DNA from: Muribaculaceae bacterium
Lineage (GTDB): Bacteria; Bacteroidota; Bacteroidia; Bacteroidales; Muribaculaceae
Direction: 5' to 3'
NCBI GenBank assembly: GCA_017629835.1
Contig: JAGBWK010000005.1
Coordinates: 9,384 to 73,383 of the forward strand
DNA: 64,000 bases
Position 1 is the first letter of the stretch. Each line of letters begins with the position of its first letter. The position numbers were made by a program, and so were the translations under genes. Shown here piece after piece: positions 50,872 to 62,117 of the stretch. The notes below the pieces were generated by a model that worked only from the letters and a program-made list of their open reading frames with translations, had not been told where the DNA came from and made no database searches.

Positions 50872-52464
50872 TTATTTAAAAGTGTCGGGAAGATCATTTT
50901 CATACAGCACTATATCGCCAGAGGCGAGCATAGTTGACAGATGACTTTGAGCATCGGCGAATGAAGATGCCGCATAAACTTTATTCTTCGGATATTCTTC
51001 ATCCTTAAGGCCTGCGACTATTGCATCACGATTGTATTCACCTACTACAATTACATAGTCAGCATTCGATGCCGCATTGCGACCAAGTTCGCGATTCAAC
51101 TCGTATTGACGGTCTCCGAGTTCAATCATACCGGGGGTTACTACGATTCGCTTGCCTCCTTTCATAGCACCGAGTACCTCGAGCGCCATTTTAGAGCCAG
51201 TCGGATTTGAATTGAATGCATCATCGATAATTGTAACGCTACCTGCTGTGCGTTTCATATTGAGTCGATGTTCAACCTGCTCTATTTTATCAACAGCATA
51301 ACGAATTTTGTTATCGTCAACACCGAGCTTCAATGCGATAATAATTGCAGCCATGAGGTTTGAAACATTGCACTCTCCTACCAACTTGGTGTGCAATGTG
51401 AGTTTTCGGCTTTGACCCTCAATTGTAAATGTAGTGCCAGTAGAGTCAAGCGAAATTTCTGTAGCGACATAATCAGCATTTCCGACATTTCTCACTGCAT
51501 AACGCACACATTCTACAGAATCGACTGGTCGATTTGCAACATATTCGAAGTCATCGTTAACGACAGCAAATCCGTCGCTCGGAAGCGCATCTATAAGTTC
51601 AAACTTCGTTTTTTGTATATTTTCAATCGATTTAAAAGACTCAAGATGCTGCTCCCCTACTGCAGTAACAATACCCATTGTGGGATGCACGAGGTCGCAT
51701 ATCTTTTTGATATCGCCCGATTGTTTTGCGCCCATTTCTACGATAAAAACCTCATTGTAAGGCTTGAGATACTCTCTGATAGTGCGTATAACACCCATAG
51801 TTGTATTATAACTACCCGGAGTCATCACAACATCGAACTGCTCGGCTAATATGCGATTGAGATAATGTTTAGTGCTTGTCTTTCCATAACTGCCTGTAAT
51901 ACCAATAATTTTAAGGTTAGGCATTTGCTTTAAGATACGAACTGCATCGTTGTAGTATCCTTTATTTATTTTCTTCTCTACTGGTTGAAGCATCCAATTC
52001 GACACCTGTAGAATAATCGGAGAAATCCAATTGAGCAACACTTCGTAGACAGCAACATATTTGAGGCTCATTGTCAAAAAATAACAAATCACCGCTATTG
52101 CCTGGCTGACAATCCACATTGTCACAAAAATACGGCGAGCTCGATTAGTCCATACCAATGGTTTCTTGTATTTACGGCGAGCCAATGCTATCACAATCCA
52201 CATCATTACGACAACTGCAATAAGTGAAGCTGCTACAAATGGCATCAAAGTACCAACCATACAAAATAGCACAGCAATAATCACTAATCGCAAAACCGCA
52301 GTACTTTCACCACTGGTTGAGAACCAACGGGCATAGCGCTCATTGCGATAAGAATTGAGCTGTAGCATCATTAAGTCGCGCTTAAAATTGAGCCACAAAG
52401 CGACTAAGGCTGCGACTATAACGACAATTGTCGAGATTGATTCGATTTTGATTATATCTGTCAT
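50872..52464 (-). CDS. murF: UDP-MurNAc-tripeptide--D-Ala-D-Ala ligase with N-terminal membrane domain
   Basis: GITGSYGKTSTK, VEMGA, DDAFNSNP, PGMIELG; about 160 hydrophobic N-terminal residues. Confidence 0.88.
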   Translation of the reverse strand: MTDIIKIESISTIVVIVAALVALWLNFKRDLMMLQLNSYRNERYARWFSTSGESTAVLRLVIIAVLFCMVGTLMPFVAASLIAVVVMMWIVIALARRKYKKPLVWTNRARRIFVTMWIVSQAIAVICYFLTMSLKYVAVYEVLLNWISPIILQVSNWMLQPVEKKINKGYYNDAVRILKQMPNLKIIGITGSYGKTSTKHYLNRILAEQFDVVMTPGSYNTTMGVIRTIREYLKPYNEVFIVEMGAKQSGDIKKICDLVHPTMGIVTAVGEQHLESFKSIENIQKTKFELIDALPSDGFAVVNDDFEYVANRPVDSVECVRYAVRNVGNADYVATEISLDSTGTTFTIEGQSRKLTLHTKLVGECNVSNLMAAIIIALKLGVDDNKIRYAVDKIEQVEHRLNMKRTAGSVTIIDDAFNSNPTGSKMALEVLGAMKGGKRIVVTPGMIELGDRQYELNRELGRNAASNADYVIVVGEYNRDAIVAGLKDEEYPKNKVYAASSFADAQSHLSTMLASGDIVLYENDLPDTFK

Positions 52465-52472
52465 CAGAATTA

Positions 52473-53249
52473 TCAGTTAAGAAAGTTTTTTAATACAGCG
52501 GCAAAGCCGTATCGATTGTCAAGGAAACTATAATGGCCACAATCGTCGAATGCGACCAAGCCAGCATCTGGAATTAACGACTCCATTTTGCGGGCATCAC
52601 TAAGCGGTGTGGCGGTGTCGTTCTTACCCCATATAAGCAAAGTAGGCGCTTCTATCTTGGGCATAAGATGACATAAATCTTCATTGACGACCTTGCTAAG
52701 AATAGCCTTCATCATTGGCGAAGAATTTGCATAATCGCTTGAGCCACGTTTATTTCTCATCTTCCCGATTTTCTTTTCAGCCCGCTTTGCGCCAAGCAAC
52801 AATCGATAGATGCATTTCATCGCCTTGAACGAATACACTTTCAGATAGTATTTCAACGAACGCTTAGGCTTAACGCCAGCAGCATCAACGAGTACCACCT
52901 TATCCACTTTATTACGCGATGCATACACAATTGCTACACGTCCGCCAAACGAATGGCCAACTAGAATTGGATTCTCAACACCCTCTACTTCTACAAGACG
53001 CTCGATCAATTGAGTGTATTCTTCTACACCCCACACCTTATCAGTAGGTTCAGTAGAATCTCCAAATCCAGGGAAATCAACATTTATAACTTTATGGTTA
53101 GGTAAGCACAAATCGCGAATTGATGCTACAGTCGAACGATTACACCCCCAGCCGTGCATAAGCACAACAGGGGCGCCTTCGCCATCAACGCTGTACGCCA
53201 TTTTTACGCCATTATGTTGCAATACTTTTTCCATTGTATTCAAATCCAT
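52473..53249 (-). CDS. Alpha/beta hydrolase
   Basis: HGWG, DFPGFG, GHSFGG nucleophile elbow, WGKND, GH. Confidence 0.9.
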   Translation of the reverse strand: MDLNTMEKVLQHNGVKMAYSVDGEGAPVVLMHGWGCNRSTVASIRDLCLPNHKVINVDFPGFGDSTEPTDKVWGVEEYTQLIERLVEVEGVENPILVGHSFGGRVAIVYASRNKVDKVVLVDAAGVKPKRSLKYYLKVYSFKAMKCIYRLLLGAKRAEKKIGKMRNKRGSSDYANSSPMMKAILSKVVNEDLCHLMPKIEAPTLLIWGKNDTATPLSDARKMESLIPDAGLVAFDDCGHYSFLDNRYGFAAVLKNFLN

Positions 53250-53501
53250 GTGAAGATATTTTTTACATCAGCAAAGCTATCTAACACACGTTTTTATCAG
53301 TTACAAATTCGTTAATATAAAATACGCGCAAATTTACGAAAAAAATCGCTAAATGCGCTCGTTCTGAACAACTTTTTACAAGCTAAAAGCATCAAAAATA
53401 AGGTTTTTTAGCAATATTTACAATTAGAGCGCACCACGAAAAAATTATCATGATACGCTCCAATTGGATACTGCTATTTTATGCCGACTAATCGTCGGTT
53501 A

Positions 53502-53819
53502 TTAAGCAAGCACTTCTTCGATTTTTGCCACGAGGCTTTCGCGAGTTTGCGAGCCAGCAAGGCGAGCTACTTTTTCGCCATTCTTAAAGAAAATAATTGT
53601 TGGCAAAGCCATAACGCGTTGCTCTGATGCAAAATCACCCTCTTCATCTACGTTGTATTTACCAATAACTGCTTTGCCCTCATATTCCTTTGCGAGCTCA
53701 TCAATTATAGGTGCCATACCCATACATGGACCACACCATGTAGCCCAACAATCTACGACCACGACTGGCTCGTTCGCGATAATTTCATTGACGTTTTCGT
53801 CGGTGAATGTAAATGCCAT
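53502..53819 (-). CDS. trxA: Thioredoxin
   Basis: WATWCGPC; follows dnaE. Confidence 0.95.
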   Translation of the reverse strand: MAFTFTDENVNEIIANEPVVVVDCWATWCGPCMGMAPIIDELAKEYEGKAVIGKYNVDEEGDFASEQRVMALPTIIFFKNGEKVARLAGSQTRESLVAKIEEVLA

Positions 53820-53840
53820 AATAGTTTGTATTATAAGTTG

Positions 53841-56800
53841 TTAATTAAATATATAATCAAGTTCAAGGTCATTGAGCATCCTTTCAAGCTCTTTACCCAG
53901 TTTAACTTTATTTGTAGATGTCAACGTAATGGAGCGGTCGGCATCATGGTCATATATGCGAACATTTAACACTCCTCCACTCTCGTCAGGTTTTACGTAT
54001 AGTTCTTTCAGAAGCTGAGCGAGATTGTCATTTGCGCCCGTCTTGCTCACGTTAATTGTGACTGTGTTAACAAGTTGCCCCTTTAGTTCTGTCAGCAAAT
54101 TAATATCCACAATTCGGAATTTTAGATCTCCTTCTTTATTGCGAACATATTTGCCAGTAATATATATTGGAGTTCCAACCATTCGATATTTTGAGTAATC
54201 ATAATAATCTTTACTGAAGAGCACTAATTCAGCTGAACCCGTGAAATCTTCAAAGTGTATTCGTCCATATGGTTTACCATTTCGGGTCACTTTATCTTCA
54301 TACGAAAGGACCATACCGCCGAATGTCATCAATCGGTCTTCGACAATGTTGCTACCCTCCGCAAATTCCTTGGCTGTAGTATTGCAACCATACGTCAACT
54401 CCATATAATATGGATCGAGAGGATGTCCCGACAGGAACATACCAACGAGTTCTCGTTCTCGTTCAAGTCGCTCTATATCAGGCCATGGCACTGCGTGCTT
54501 AATTGGTGGTCGGCCTGCTGTATTGAGCATCATATCATCATCGCCAAACAACGATGCTTCCTGACGTTGCGAAGCATTTTGATACAATTGTCCGTAACGC
54601 AACAACAATTCCGAAAGGCTTTCATCCTTATTATTCTTTTCAAGATAATCCTCACGCTGTGCTTCTTGGAAACAATCGAATGCGCCAGCAAGCGCTAACG
54701 CCTCAAATGTTCTACGATTAAGAGTTGACAGCGGTACTCGCTCAACAAAATCGTAGATTGATTGGAACTGACCGCCACGATTACGAGCATTTATAATCTC
54801 CTGCGCTACGTTCTCTCCTACACCTTTGATAGCTGCAAGTCCAAAACGAATGTCACCCTTTTTGTTCACACCAAACTCACGGTAACTTTCATTCACATCT
54901 GGACCTTTCACACTTATATTCAAAGCCTTACACTCATCCATGAAAGTAGCCAACTTCGTTATATCCGAACGGTTTCGGCTCAATACAGCTGCCATATATT
55001 CTGCAGGATAATTCGCTTTGAGATAAGCTGTTTGAAAAGCCACCCAGCTGTAGCAAGTAGCATGGCTCTTATTGAATGCGTATGATGCAAACTTTTCCCA
55101 GTCGGCCCATATCTTTTCAAGCACTTTTTCGTCGTGACCATTGGCTTTGCCTCCTTCAAGGAATTTTCCTTTAAGTTCATTCATTTTGGCAATCATTTTC
55201 TTACCCATAGCCTTACGAAGCGTATCGCTCTGACCACGAGTAAAGTTTGCCAACAAACGCGACAACAACATCACCTGTTCCTGATATACCGTAACGCCAT
55301 AGGTATCCTTCAGATATTTTTCCATTATAGGTATATCATACTCTATAGGCAACCTACCGTGCTTACGTGCAATAAAGTCAGGTATATAATCCATTGGCCC
55401 GGGACGATACAATGCATTCATTGCAATCAAATCCTCGAATGTCGACGGTTGCAACTCTCGGAGATACTTTTGCATACCAGCCGACTCAAACTGGAACGTG
55501 CCTACTGTTCGACCTTCACAATACAGCTGATACGTTTTTTTATCATCGATTGGGATATTATCTACATCTATACGAATGTTGTGAGTCAGTTCGATGTTAC
55601 TAACAGCATCTTTGATAATCGACAATGTCTTAAGCCCGAGGAAGTCCATTTTAATCAGACCTGTTTCCTCAATCACTTTGCCTTCATATTGGGTTACAAG
55701 CACTCGACCATCCGTCTTATCGACTGCTGTACTCACTGGCACCCAATCTGTTACATCATCTCTGCATATTATGACTCCACAAGCATGTACACCAGTGTTT
55801 CGCACATTACCTTCGAGCTGCTCTGCATACTTCAACGTTTGCTTCACAAGATCAGAGCCATTCGACAACTCTTCTTTGAATTCTGGCACATACTTATAGC
55901 AATTCGTCAATGTCATCGGTGGCTCTTTGCCGTTAACTTCTGGCAAGTGGCGTGGAATCAGTTTGGTAAGTCGGTCACTTTCAGGCAAAGAAAGTTCTTG
56001 TACACGCGCAACATCCTTAATGGCCGATTTTGTTGCCATTGTGCCATACGTTATAATGTGAGCAACCTTCTCTTCTCCATATTTCTCAGTCACATACTTC
56101 AATACTTCGGCACGACCATCATCGTCGAAGTCGATATCAATATCGGGCAGAGAAATACGGTCAGGATTGAGGAATCGTTCAAAAAGCAAATCGTATTTGA
56201 CTGGGTCAATCTGAGTAATTCCAAGACAATAAGCTACAGCTGAGCCAGCAGCAGAACCTCGACCCGGACCAACGCTTACACCCAACTCATTACGAGCTAC
56301 ATTGATGAAATCTTGAACTATAAGGAAGTACCCTGGGAAACCCATAGTCTTCATTATATGAAGCTCAAATTTGAGTCGTTCCTTCAATTCATCGGACAAA
56401 TCTTTCCCATATCGGCGTTCAGCTCCTTCGTAGGCAAGCTTAGCTAAATAGTCAGCTTCGAATTTTATACGATAAAGTTTATCATAACCTCCGAGCTTTT
56501 TTATCTTTGAATTAGCCTCTTCCTCGCTAAGAACAACATTACCATTCTCATCTTGAGTAAACTCATCGAAAAGGTCTTTTTCCGTTAGTCGCTGGCGATA
56601 TTCTTCTTCCGTACCAAACTCCACTGGAATAGCGTAGTTGGGCATAATAGGAGCATGATCTATGTTATATACTTCTACTTTGTCGAGAATCTCGATAGTG
56701 TTGGATAGTGCTTCCGGGACATCGGCAAACAATTCGTTCATCTCTTGTTGCGTCTTCATCCATTCCTGCTTGGAATACATCATCAAACCCTCTTCTGAGA

Positions 56801-57638
56801 GTTTTTTGCCTGTAGAAACACATATCAAACGCTCGTGTGCATCTGCATCGAATTCATTTACGAAATGCACGTCGTTAGTACATACAACCTTGACATTAAA
56901 CATCTCAGCCATACGCATCAATTCAGGATTAACTACCTGAGTTTGAATCTCATATACTTGATGATTGGCACGAGTCACGGTTGCTTTATGGCGCTGCAAT
57001 TCAAGGTAATAATCATCACCAAATGTTTCCTTAAACCATTGAACTTGACGCTCTGCTTCACTTATATCTCCATTACGAATAAGCTGCGGGATTTCGCCAC
57101 CAATACATGCAGAGCATACAATAAGCCCTTCAGAATACTTGGCTAATTCAGTTTTGTCGGTACGTGGATGTGAATAAAAACCATCGGTCCATGCCTTTGA
57201 TACGAGCTTTATCAAGTTGTGATACCCTTTCTCATTCTTCGCAAGCACTACAAGATGTCGACCCGTATCTCGTTTATCCGTATGTTCACGCAAGTCTTTA
57301 TTTGCCACATACATTTCACACCCAAAGATTGGCTTAAAAGCCAAGTTGCCCTTGAGTTTTTCAAGGTCGTTTTGGAGTGTCTCTACCAGATTATCATCCC
57401 CTTTTGTTTTTGCCTCTTCAAGTTGTTTTGTCACATCTGTAATCTTATCCTTGACTTTACCCTTCTTTTTATTGACATAGTTGAAGAACTCTTTAATACC
57501 AAACATGTTACCATGGTCAGTAATTGCAAGTCCTGGCATACCGTCAGCCATAGCTTTGTCAACAAGGGCTTCAATCGAGGCTTGACCGTCAAGCACCGAA
57601 TATTGAGAGTGAACATGAAGATGTACGAATGGGATCAT
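53841..57638 (-). CDS. dnaE: DNA polymerase III alpha subunit
   Basis: HLHVHSQYS PHP domain, GRGSAAGS, PDIDIDF, KMDFLGL, YAFNKSH. Confidence 0.98.
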   Translation of the reverse strand: MIPFVHLHVHSQYSVLDGQASIEALVDKAMADGMPGLAITDHGNMFGIKEFFNYVNKKKGKVKDKITDVTKQLEEAKTKGDDNLVETLQNDLEKLKGNLAFKPIFGCEMYVANKDLREHTDKRDTGRHLVVLAKNEKGYHNLIKLVSKAWTDGFYSHPRTDKTELAKYSEGLIVCSACIGGEIPQLIRNGDISEAERQVQWFKETFGDDYYLELQRHKATVTRANHQVYEIQTQVVNPELMRMAEMFNVKVVCTNDVHFVNEFDADAHERLICVSTGKKLSEEGLMMYSKQEWMKTQQEMNELFADVPEALSNTIEILDKVEVYNIDHAPIMPNYAIPVEFGTEEEYRQRLTEKDLFDEFTQDENGNVVLSEEEANSKIKKLGGYDKLYRIKFEADYLAKLAYEGAERRYGKDLSDELKERLKFELHIMKTMGFPGYFLIVQDFINVARNELGVSVGPGRGSAAGSAVAYCLGITQIDPVKYDLLFERFLNPDRISLPDIDIDFDDDGRAEVLKYVTEKYGEEKVAHIITYGTMATKSAIKDVARVQELSLPESDRLTKLIPRHLPEVNGKEPPMTLTNCYKYVPEFKEELSNGSDLVKQTLKYAEQLEGNVRNTGVHACGVIICRDDVTDWVPVSTAVDKTDGRVLVTQYEGKVIEETGLIKMDFLGLKTLSIIKDAVSNIELTHNIRIDVDNIPIDDKKTYQLYCEGRTVGTFQFESAGMQKYLRELQPSTFEDLIAMNALYRPGPMDYIPDFIARKHGRLPIEYDIPIMEKYLKDTYGVTVYQEQVMLLSRLLANFTRGQSDTLRKAMGKKMIAKMNELKGKFLEGGKANGHDEKVLEKIWADWEKFASYAFNKSHATCYSWVAFQTAYLKANYPAEYMAAVLSRNRSDITKLATFMDECKALNISVKGPDVNESYREFGVNKKGDIRFGLAAIKGVGENVAQEIINARNRGGQFQSIYDFVERVPLSTLNRRTFEALALAGAFDCFQEAQREDYLEKNNKDESLSELLLRYGQLYQNASQRQEASLFGDDDMMLNTAGRPPIKHAVPWPDIERLERERELVGMFLSGHPLDPYYMELTYGCNTTAKEFAEGSNIVEDRLMTFGGMVLSYEDKVTRNGKPYGRIHFEDFTGSAELVLFSKDYYDYSKYRMVGTPIYITGKYVRNKEGDLKFRIVDINLLTELKGQLVNTVTINVSKTGANDNLAQLLKELYVKPDESGGVLNVRIYDHDADRSITLTSTNKVKLGKELERMLNDLELDYIFN

Positions 57639-57824
57639 ATCTATTTTATTGCATTTCCTATGGTAAATAAGTTGGCAAACACAGTAAATCGCAACGTGGC
57701 ACCGCTGGATTGTTTATGGGATAGGAATCACAAAATTACTGAATATTCCCATTAATTCAAAGGCAAAAAAGCCACTGTTAATAACTTTTTGCAAACTTTT
57801 TATAAACCACTAAAATACAGCAAC

Positions 57825-58628
57825 TTATACAATACGCAATATTTCTTTCAACTTTGCATTTCTTAATACGACTCGTCCATTAAAATCGAGCAAATACAAA
57901 GTGGGCATTGTCATAAAATCGTACAATCCAGCCTCCTCTACCGACTCAATAGCGCGACCAACGAGCCAATTTCGTGGCATTTCTGGCAAAGTAGACTCAT
58001 ACAACGATACATCTTCTCCTGAATAAATAGCGATTACTTTCAAGTTAGAAAATTCAGGATTTGTCAACAATTGCGCCTTTGCCTCTCGGCAGTCATCGCA
58101 ATCGGGGTCATAAAAAATCAGTAGCACTTTCGACTGTGCAGTAGGGCAACAATCCGTAACAACTTCATTTTTTTTCCAATCCTCCTTATCATCATTTTCA
58201 ATCGATGAAATCATTTTATGCAAAGAGGATTCATTACCGTCACGCATTATTACGCAAAAATCAGCTGCAATTGACCCAGGTTTATTACGATTGAGTATTT
58301 CCTTGATATAACCAGCTCGGGCTTTAGATACTTCAGAAAACATGCTTCCGCGCATTCTTCCGTCAATAAAAAACTCAAACAATCGCTCATCGAAATCGTC
58401 CGACCAATAGTCATATAGCATAGTCTCAATCTCTAAATCAACATCATCCAATTTGCCGCTGGCGCGCGCTTGAGCATAGATTGAATCAACCATAAATACC
58501 GTCGAAATAGAGTCTGCATTAGCCATATCTACAAACAGCCTACGTAACTCACCTCTAATAGGAGATTCAGCTACAGCGATATGAGGCAACGCCAACGACG
58601 CCAGCAATATGATTAAATATCTATACAT
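57825..58628 (-). CDS. Exported thioredoxin-fold protein (DUF5106-like)
   Basis: Signal peptide, NKPGSIAADF, FYDPDCDDC, MPTLYLLD. Confidence 0.75.
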   Translation of the reverse strand: MYRYLIILLASLALPHIAVAESPIRGELRRLFVDMANADSISTVFMVDSIYAQARASGKLDDVDLEIETMLYDYWSDDFDERLFEFFIDGRMRGSMFSEVSKARAGYIKEILNRNKPGSIAADFCVIMRDGNESSLHKMISSIENDDKEDWKKNEVVTDCCPTAQSKVLLIFYDPDCDDCREAKAQLLTNPEFSNLKVIAIYSGEDVSLYESTLPEMPRNWLVGRAIESVEEAGLYDFMTMPTLYLLDFNGRVVLRNAKLKEILRIV

Positions 58629-58645
58629 TCTTTAATTAGGTGATG

Positions 58646-59857
58646 TCAGCACTTATTGAGATTGTGACCCATAAGTTCCTTTTTAGTATGCATATAGAAG
58701 CGATTGTATTCATTGGGCTCGATTTCAATCGGCACATTTTCAACAACGCTCAATCCATACCCTTCAAGTCCTACACGTTTCACTGGATTATTCGACATTA
58801 AACGCATCTCCTTAATTCCTAACGAGCATAAGATCTGAGCGCCGACGCCATAGTCGCGTTCATCAGCTTTGTGACCCAATAATATGTTAGCTTCTACTGT
58901 ATCGTGCCCCTCTTCTTGCAGTTTGTAGGCACGTATTTTATCCATAAGTCCAATTCCACGACCCTCTTGCATGAGATATACAACAGCTCCTCTACCCTCT
59001 TTTTCAATCATTTGCAGAGCTTTATGTAACTGCTCGCCGCAATCACAACGCTTAGATCCGAGGATATCGCCTGTAGCACAAGATGAATGCACTCTCACAA
59101 GAACAGGCTCTTCAGTTTGAACATCACCTTTGATTATTGCAAAGTGTTCAAGTCCGTTTGATTTCTGACGGAATGGGATAAGACGAAAATGTCCGTATGC
59201 AGTGGGCATATCAACCTCTTCGCCACGCTCAACAAGGCTCTCCTTTTTATTTCTGTAAGCTATTAAATCCTTGATTGACACGAGTTTCAGCCCCCATTCA
59301 TCAGCCATACGGCGCAACTCTGGCAAACGAGCCATTGTGCCATCCTCACTCATAATTTCCATAAGGGCTGCAACAGGCTGAAGCCCTGCAAGTTTAGCCA
59401 AATCTACTGCTGCTTCAGTATGCCCTGAACGGCGTAATACTCCTTGATCTTGAGCGTATAGCGGGTTAATGTGACCGGGACGGCCAAAATCCTCTGCTTT
59501 TGAGTTTGGGTCAGCCAATGCTCTGATAGTTTCACACCTATCATGTATTGACACCCCAGTTGAGCACCCTTCGAGTTTATCAACCGTTATTGTAAACGGC
59601 GTCCCCAATACGGACGTATTTTCATCGACTTGCTTAGTCAAGCCCAACTCACGACAACGCGAAATAGTCATAGGCACGCACAACACACCTCGTGCTTTTT
59701 TAAGCATAAAGTTTACCTGTTCGGGTGTAATCTTCTCAGCTGCTACGATAAGATCACCCTCATTTTCGCGGTCCTCATCATCGACTACTACCAAAAATTT
59801 ACCTTCGCGAAAGTCAGCAATTGCCGCTTCGATTGAGTCAAGCATTATATCTTTCAT
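58646..59857 (-). CDS. ribBA: DHBP synthase / GTP cyclohydrolase II
   Basis: [37 protein letters not shown]. Confidence 0.97.
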   Translation of the reverse strand: MKDIMLDSIEAAIADFREGKFLVVVDDEDRENEGDLIVAAEKITPEQVNFMLKKARGVLCVPMTISRCRELGLTKQVDENTSVLGTPFTITVDKLEGCSTGVSIHDRCETIRALADPNSKAEDFGRPGHINPLYAQDQGVLRRSGHTEAAVDLAKLAGLQPVAALMEIMSEDGTMARLPELRRMADEWGLKLVSIKDLIAYRNKKESLVERGEEVDMPTAYGHFRLIPFRQKSNGLEHFAIIKGDVQTEEPVLVRVHSSCATGDILGSKRCDCGEQLHKALQMIEKEGRGAVVYLMQEGRGIGLMDKIRAYKLQEEGHDTVEANILLGHKADERDYGVGAQILCSLGIKEMRLMSNNPVKRVGLEGYGLSVVENVPIEIEPNEYNRFYMHTKKELMGHNLNKC

Positions 59858-59881
59858 TGAATTTCTAATTTCTATTACTTA

Positions 59882-61711
59882 TTAAACAACGTCAGAATCA
59901 GCACCCTTGGCTATCTCTTTCTCAAACCATTGTATGAGCGAACTGTTTAGCTCGTGAATCAACGATAGTTTGGAAGCACGTAGCGTAAATGGATACTTAT
60001 TCAATTGTATTACAACAGCATGCTTTCTTGAATTTGAAAGGTAATCAATCAATTCATTCATCGCATCTGTCATGCGCGTAAATTCTGCTTTATTTATTAG
60101 ACGGAATATTGGACGTAAAAGTTTAGTCGTTGAATTATATTTGCCATATAATTTCATCGTTATTTCATCAAAGTCAACGAGTTTTTCTATAGCAATTTGA
60201 TTCTCAACCTCATTGAGTGTAAACTCTTTAACCTCAAGCGTGCGTGTCAACTTACCTTGAAGCTTCAAAATAAAAGCTTTGTATGAGTCAAAATTAAATA
60301 CAGCCGAATCGTGCACCGCTTTATAGGTCAAGAACACACCTAAGGGTAATAATACAACGCTACTCATCCAAATGCCTTGATACACCTCCATTCGGCCATC
60401 TCTTGCCAATTTATAGCCCATATTATCTATGATAAAATAGACAATAAACAACAACACTGACACAATCAGTGGCAAGCCAAAACCACCCTTTCGGATAATT
60501 GCACCAAGTGGCGCACCAATAAAGAAGAATATCAAGCAAGCAAACGACAGAGTAAATTTTCGATGCAATTCAATGCCATGTCGACGTATCGTCTTCCTAT
60601 CATCCTCCATTGAATAACTTCGATATTCATATTCTTGCTGCATCGAGCGAGCCTTATTCAGAGCTTGCGAAATTATTGAGCGCTCATTAATTCCCTCATT
60701 TCGGCGGAACAATGAGTCGATATCGAGCGGCATATCCAGCTGGACTGGCTGTTGCAGAGCTTCAACACGCCCTTCTGGGCCATAAGATACCTTATAATAT
60801 GGCAATCCAAAATATGATGATTGCTTTATCTCTCGAGCATAATTTGCGCCAATGCTATCAACTCGACTCTCTACGGAATCAATCGTGGCTCGCAACTCGG
60901 TAATATCCTTGCCAACATGTTGTTGACGCATCACATCGTCGTCCATTCGGTTAAAATTTGCATCAAATTGAAGCAATATATCCTTTTTTTCAAACGTCTC
61001 ACGTCTATAAGGCAGATTGTTCGACCTTACGCCCGCTGTCTGTGAGCGCAAGTTCTCGAATTGTTCACCACTATATATAGAAAATAATAGATGAGCCTTG
61101 TCAACAGTCATCGAAATCTTACCCGAATCTGCCACTATTATGCGTGTATTGTCCGAGCCATTGCTCATATCGTAAATCATTAGATTATAGAGCATTCCTG
61201 TCTCTGGGTCCTTATGGTCGACAAACATATTAAGACCTGGGATTTGATCATAAAAAGTTCGCTCTGGAATCTCCATTTCGGGAGACTTTTGACGAGCCGA
61301 GAACAATAAGGTCCACATCTTAGTTTGTGCAATCGGCAACACATTATTCTGAAAGAAAAATGCCCCAATCGATATGCAGACAATCAAAATTATCAGCGGT
61401 CGCATACTCTTGATTAGCGAAACGCCTGCAGCTTTCATTGCTGTCAACTCAAATTTTTCACCAAGATTACCGAAAGTCATAAGCGACGCCAACAATATGG
61501 CCAATGGCAATGCCAATGGAACAAATGTCAATGCCGCATAAAAGAACAACTCAGCAAGCACACTGAATTCCAATCCCTTGCCGACCAATTCATCAATTCT
61601 CACCCATACAAACTGCATCAATAAAATAAACAGACTTATAAAAAACGTCATCACAAACACCGGAATGAATGTTTGTGCCATAAACGTGTATAGTCTTTTT
61701 ATTTTGAACAT
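59882..61711 (-). CDS. LptF/LptG family LPS export permease
   Basis: LVGKGL, PLALPLAILLASLMTFGNLGE..ELTAMKAAG, FFIGAPLGAIIRKGG. Confidence 0.92.
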   Translation of the reverse strand: MFKIKRLYTFMAQTFIPVFVMTFFISLFILLMQFVWVRIDELVGKGLEFSVLAELFFYAALTFVPLALPLAILLASLMTFGNLGEKFELTAMKAAGVSLIKSMRPLIILIVCISIGAFFFQNNVLPIAQTKMWTLLFSARQKSPEMEIPERTFYDQIPGLNMFVDHKDPETGMLYNLMIYDMSNGSDNTRIIVADSGKISMTVDKAHLLFSIYSGEQFENLRSQTAGVRSNNLPYRRETFEKKDILLQFDANFNRMDDDVMRQQHVGKDITELRATIDSVESRVDSIGANYAREIKQSSYFGLPYYKVSYGPEGRVEALQQPVQLDMPLDIDSLFRRNEGINERSIISQALNKARSMQQEYEYRSYSMEDDRKTIRRHGIELHRKFTLSFACLIFFFIGAPLGAIIRKGGFGLPLIVSVLLFIVYFIIDNMGYKLARDGRMEVYQGIWMSSVVLLPLGVFLTYKAVHDSAVFNFDSYKAFILKLQGKLTRTLEVKEFTLNEVENQIAIEKLVDFDEITMKLYGKYNSTTKLLRPIFRLINKAEFTRMTDAMNELIDYLSNSRKHAVVIQLNKYPFTLRASKLSLIHELNSSLIQWFEKEIAKGADSDVV

Positions 61712-62117
61712 TTGCTACAGTATAAATTGGGTTCAAATCGCTGTTCGCATTATAAGCCATGCAAAGTTACAAAATCTCCACGACCTACAAAATTTTTCAT
61801 CCCATTCTAACTTCAAATAGCACCAGTTCCAACACTTTCAAAATTTCACTCTCAATGAGTAACACAATGCAATTTTTGCATAAAAATTAGCGAAATTAAT
61901 AATAGTCATTTTGTCATATAATCGTGGTCATATAAACATATAACCCAAACGTTTTGTTACTATATACATTAATATATAAGTATTCCGGGGTTATATTTGT
62001 CAAATCGGCAGATTTTTCGTATCTTTACGCCGAATTTGTGTCTATACATAGCTCGGCATAAATATCTTATTTTTAATTTTAATTTTAATTTGAAATAATT
62101 CACTAACTTAAATTAAT

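Noticed and set aside
55134-56243. 369-aa ORF antisense to dnaE
   Set aside because: Shadow frame of a conserved gene; no recognisable motifs
57340-57480. Intein or novel insertion in the DnaE PHP domain
   Set aside because: Short Lys/Glu-rich coiled-coil without intein splice motifs; similar inserts occur in Bacteroidales DnaE
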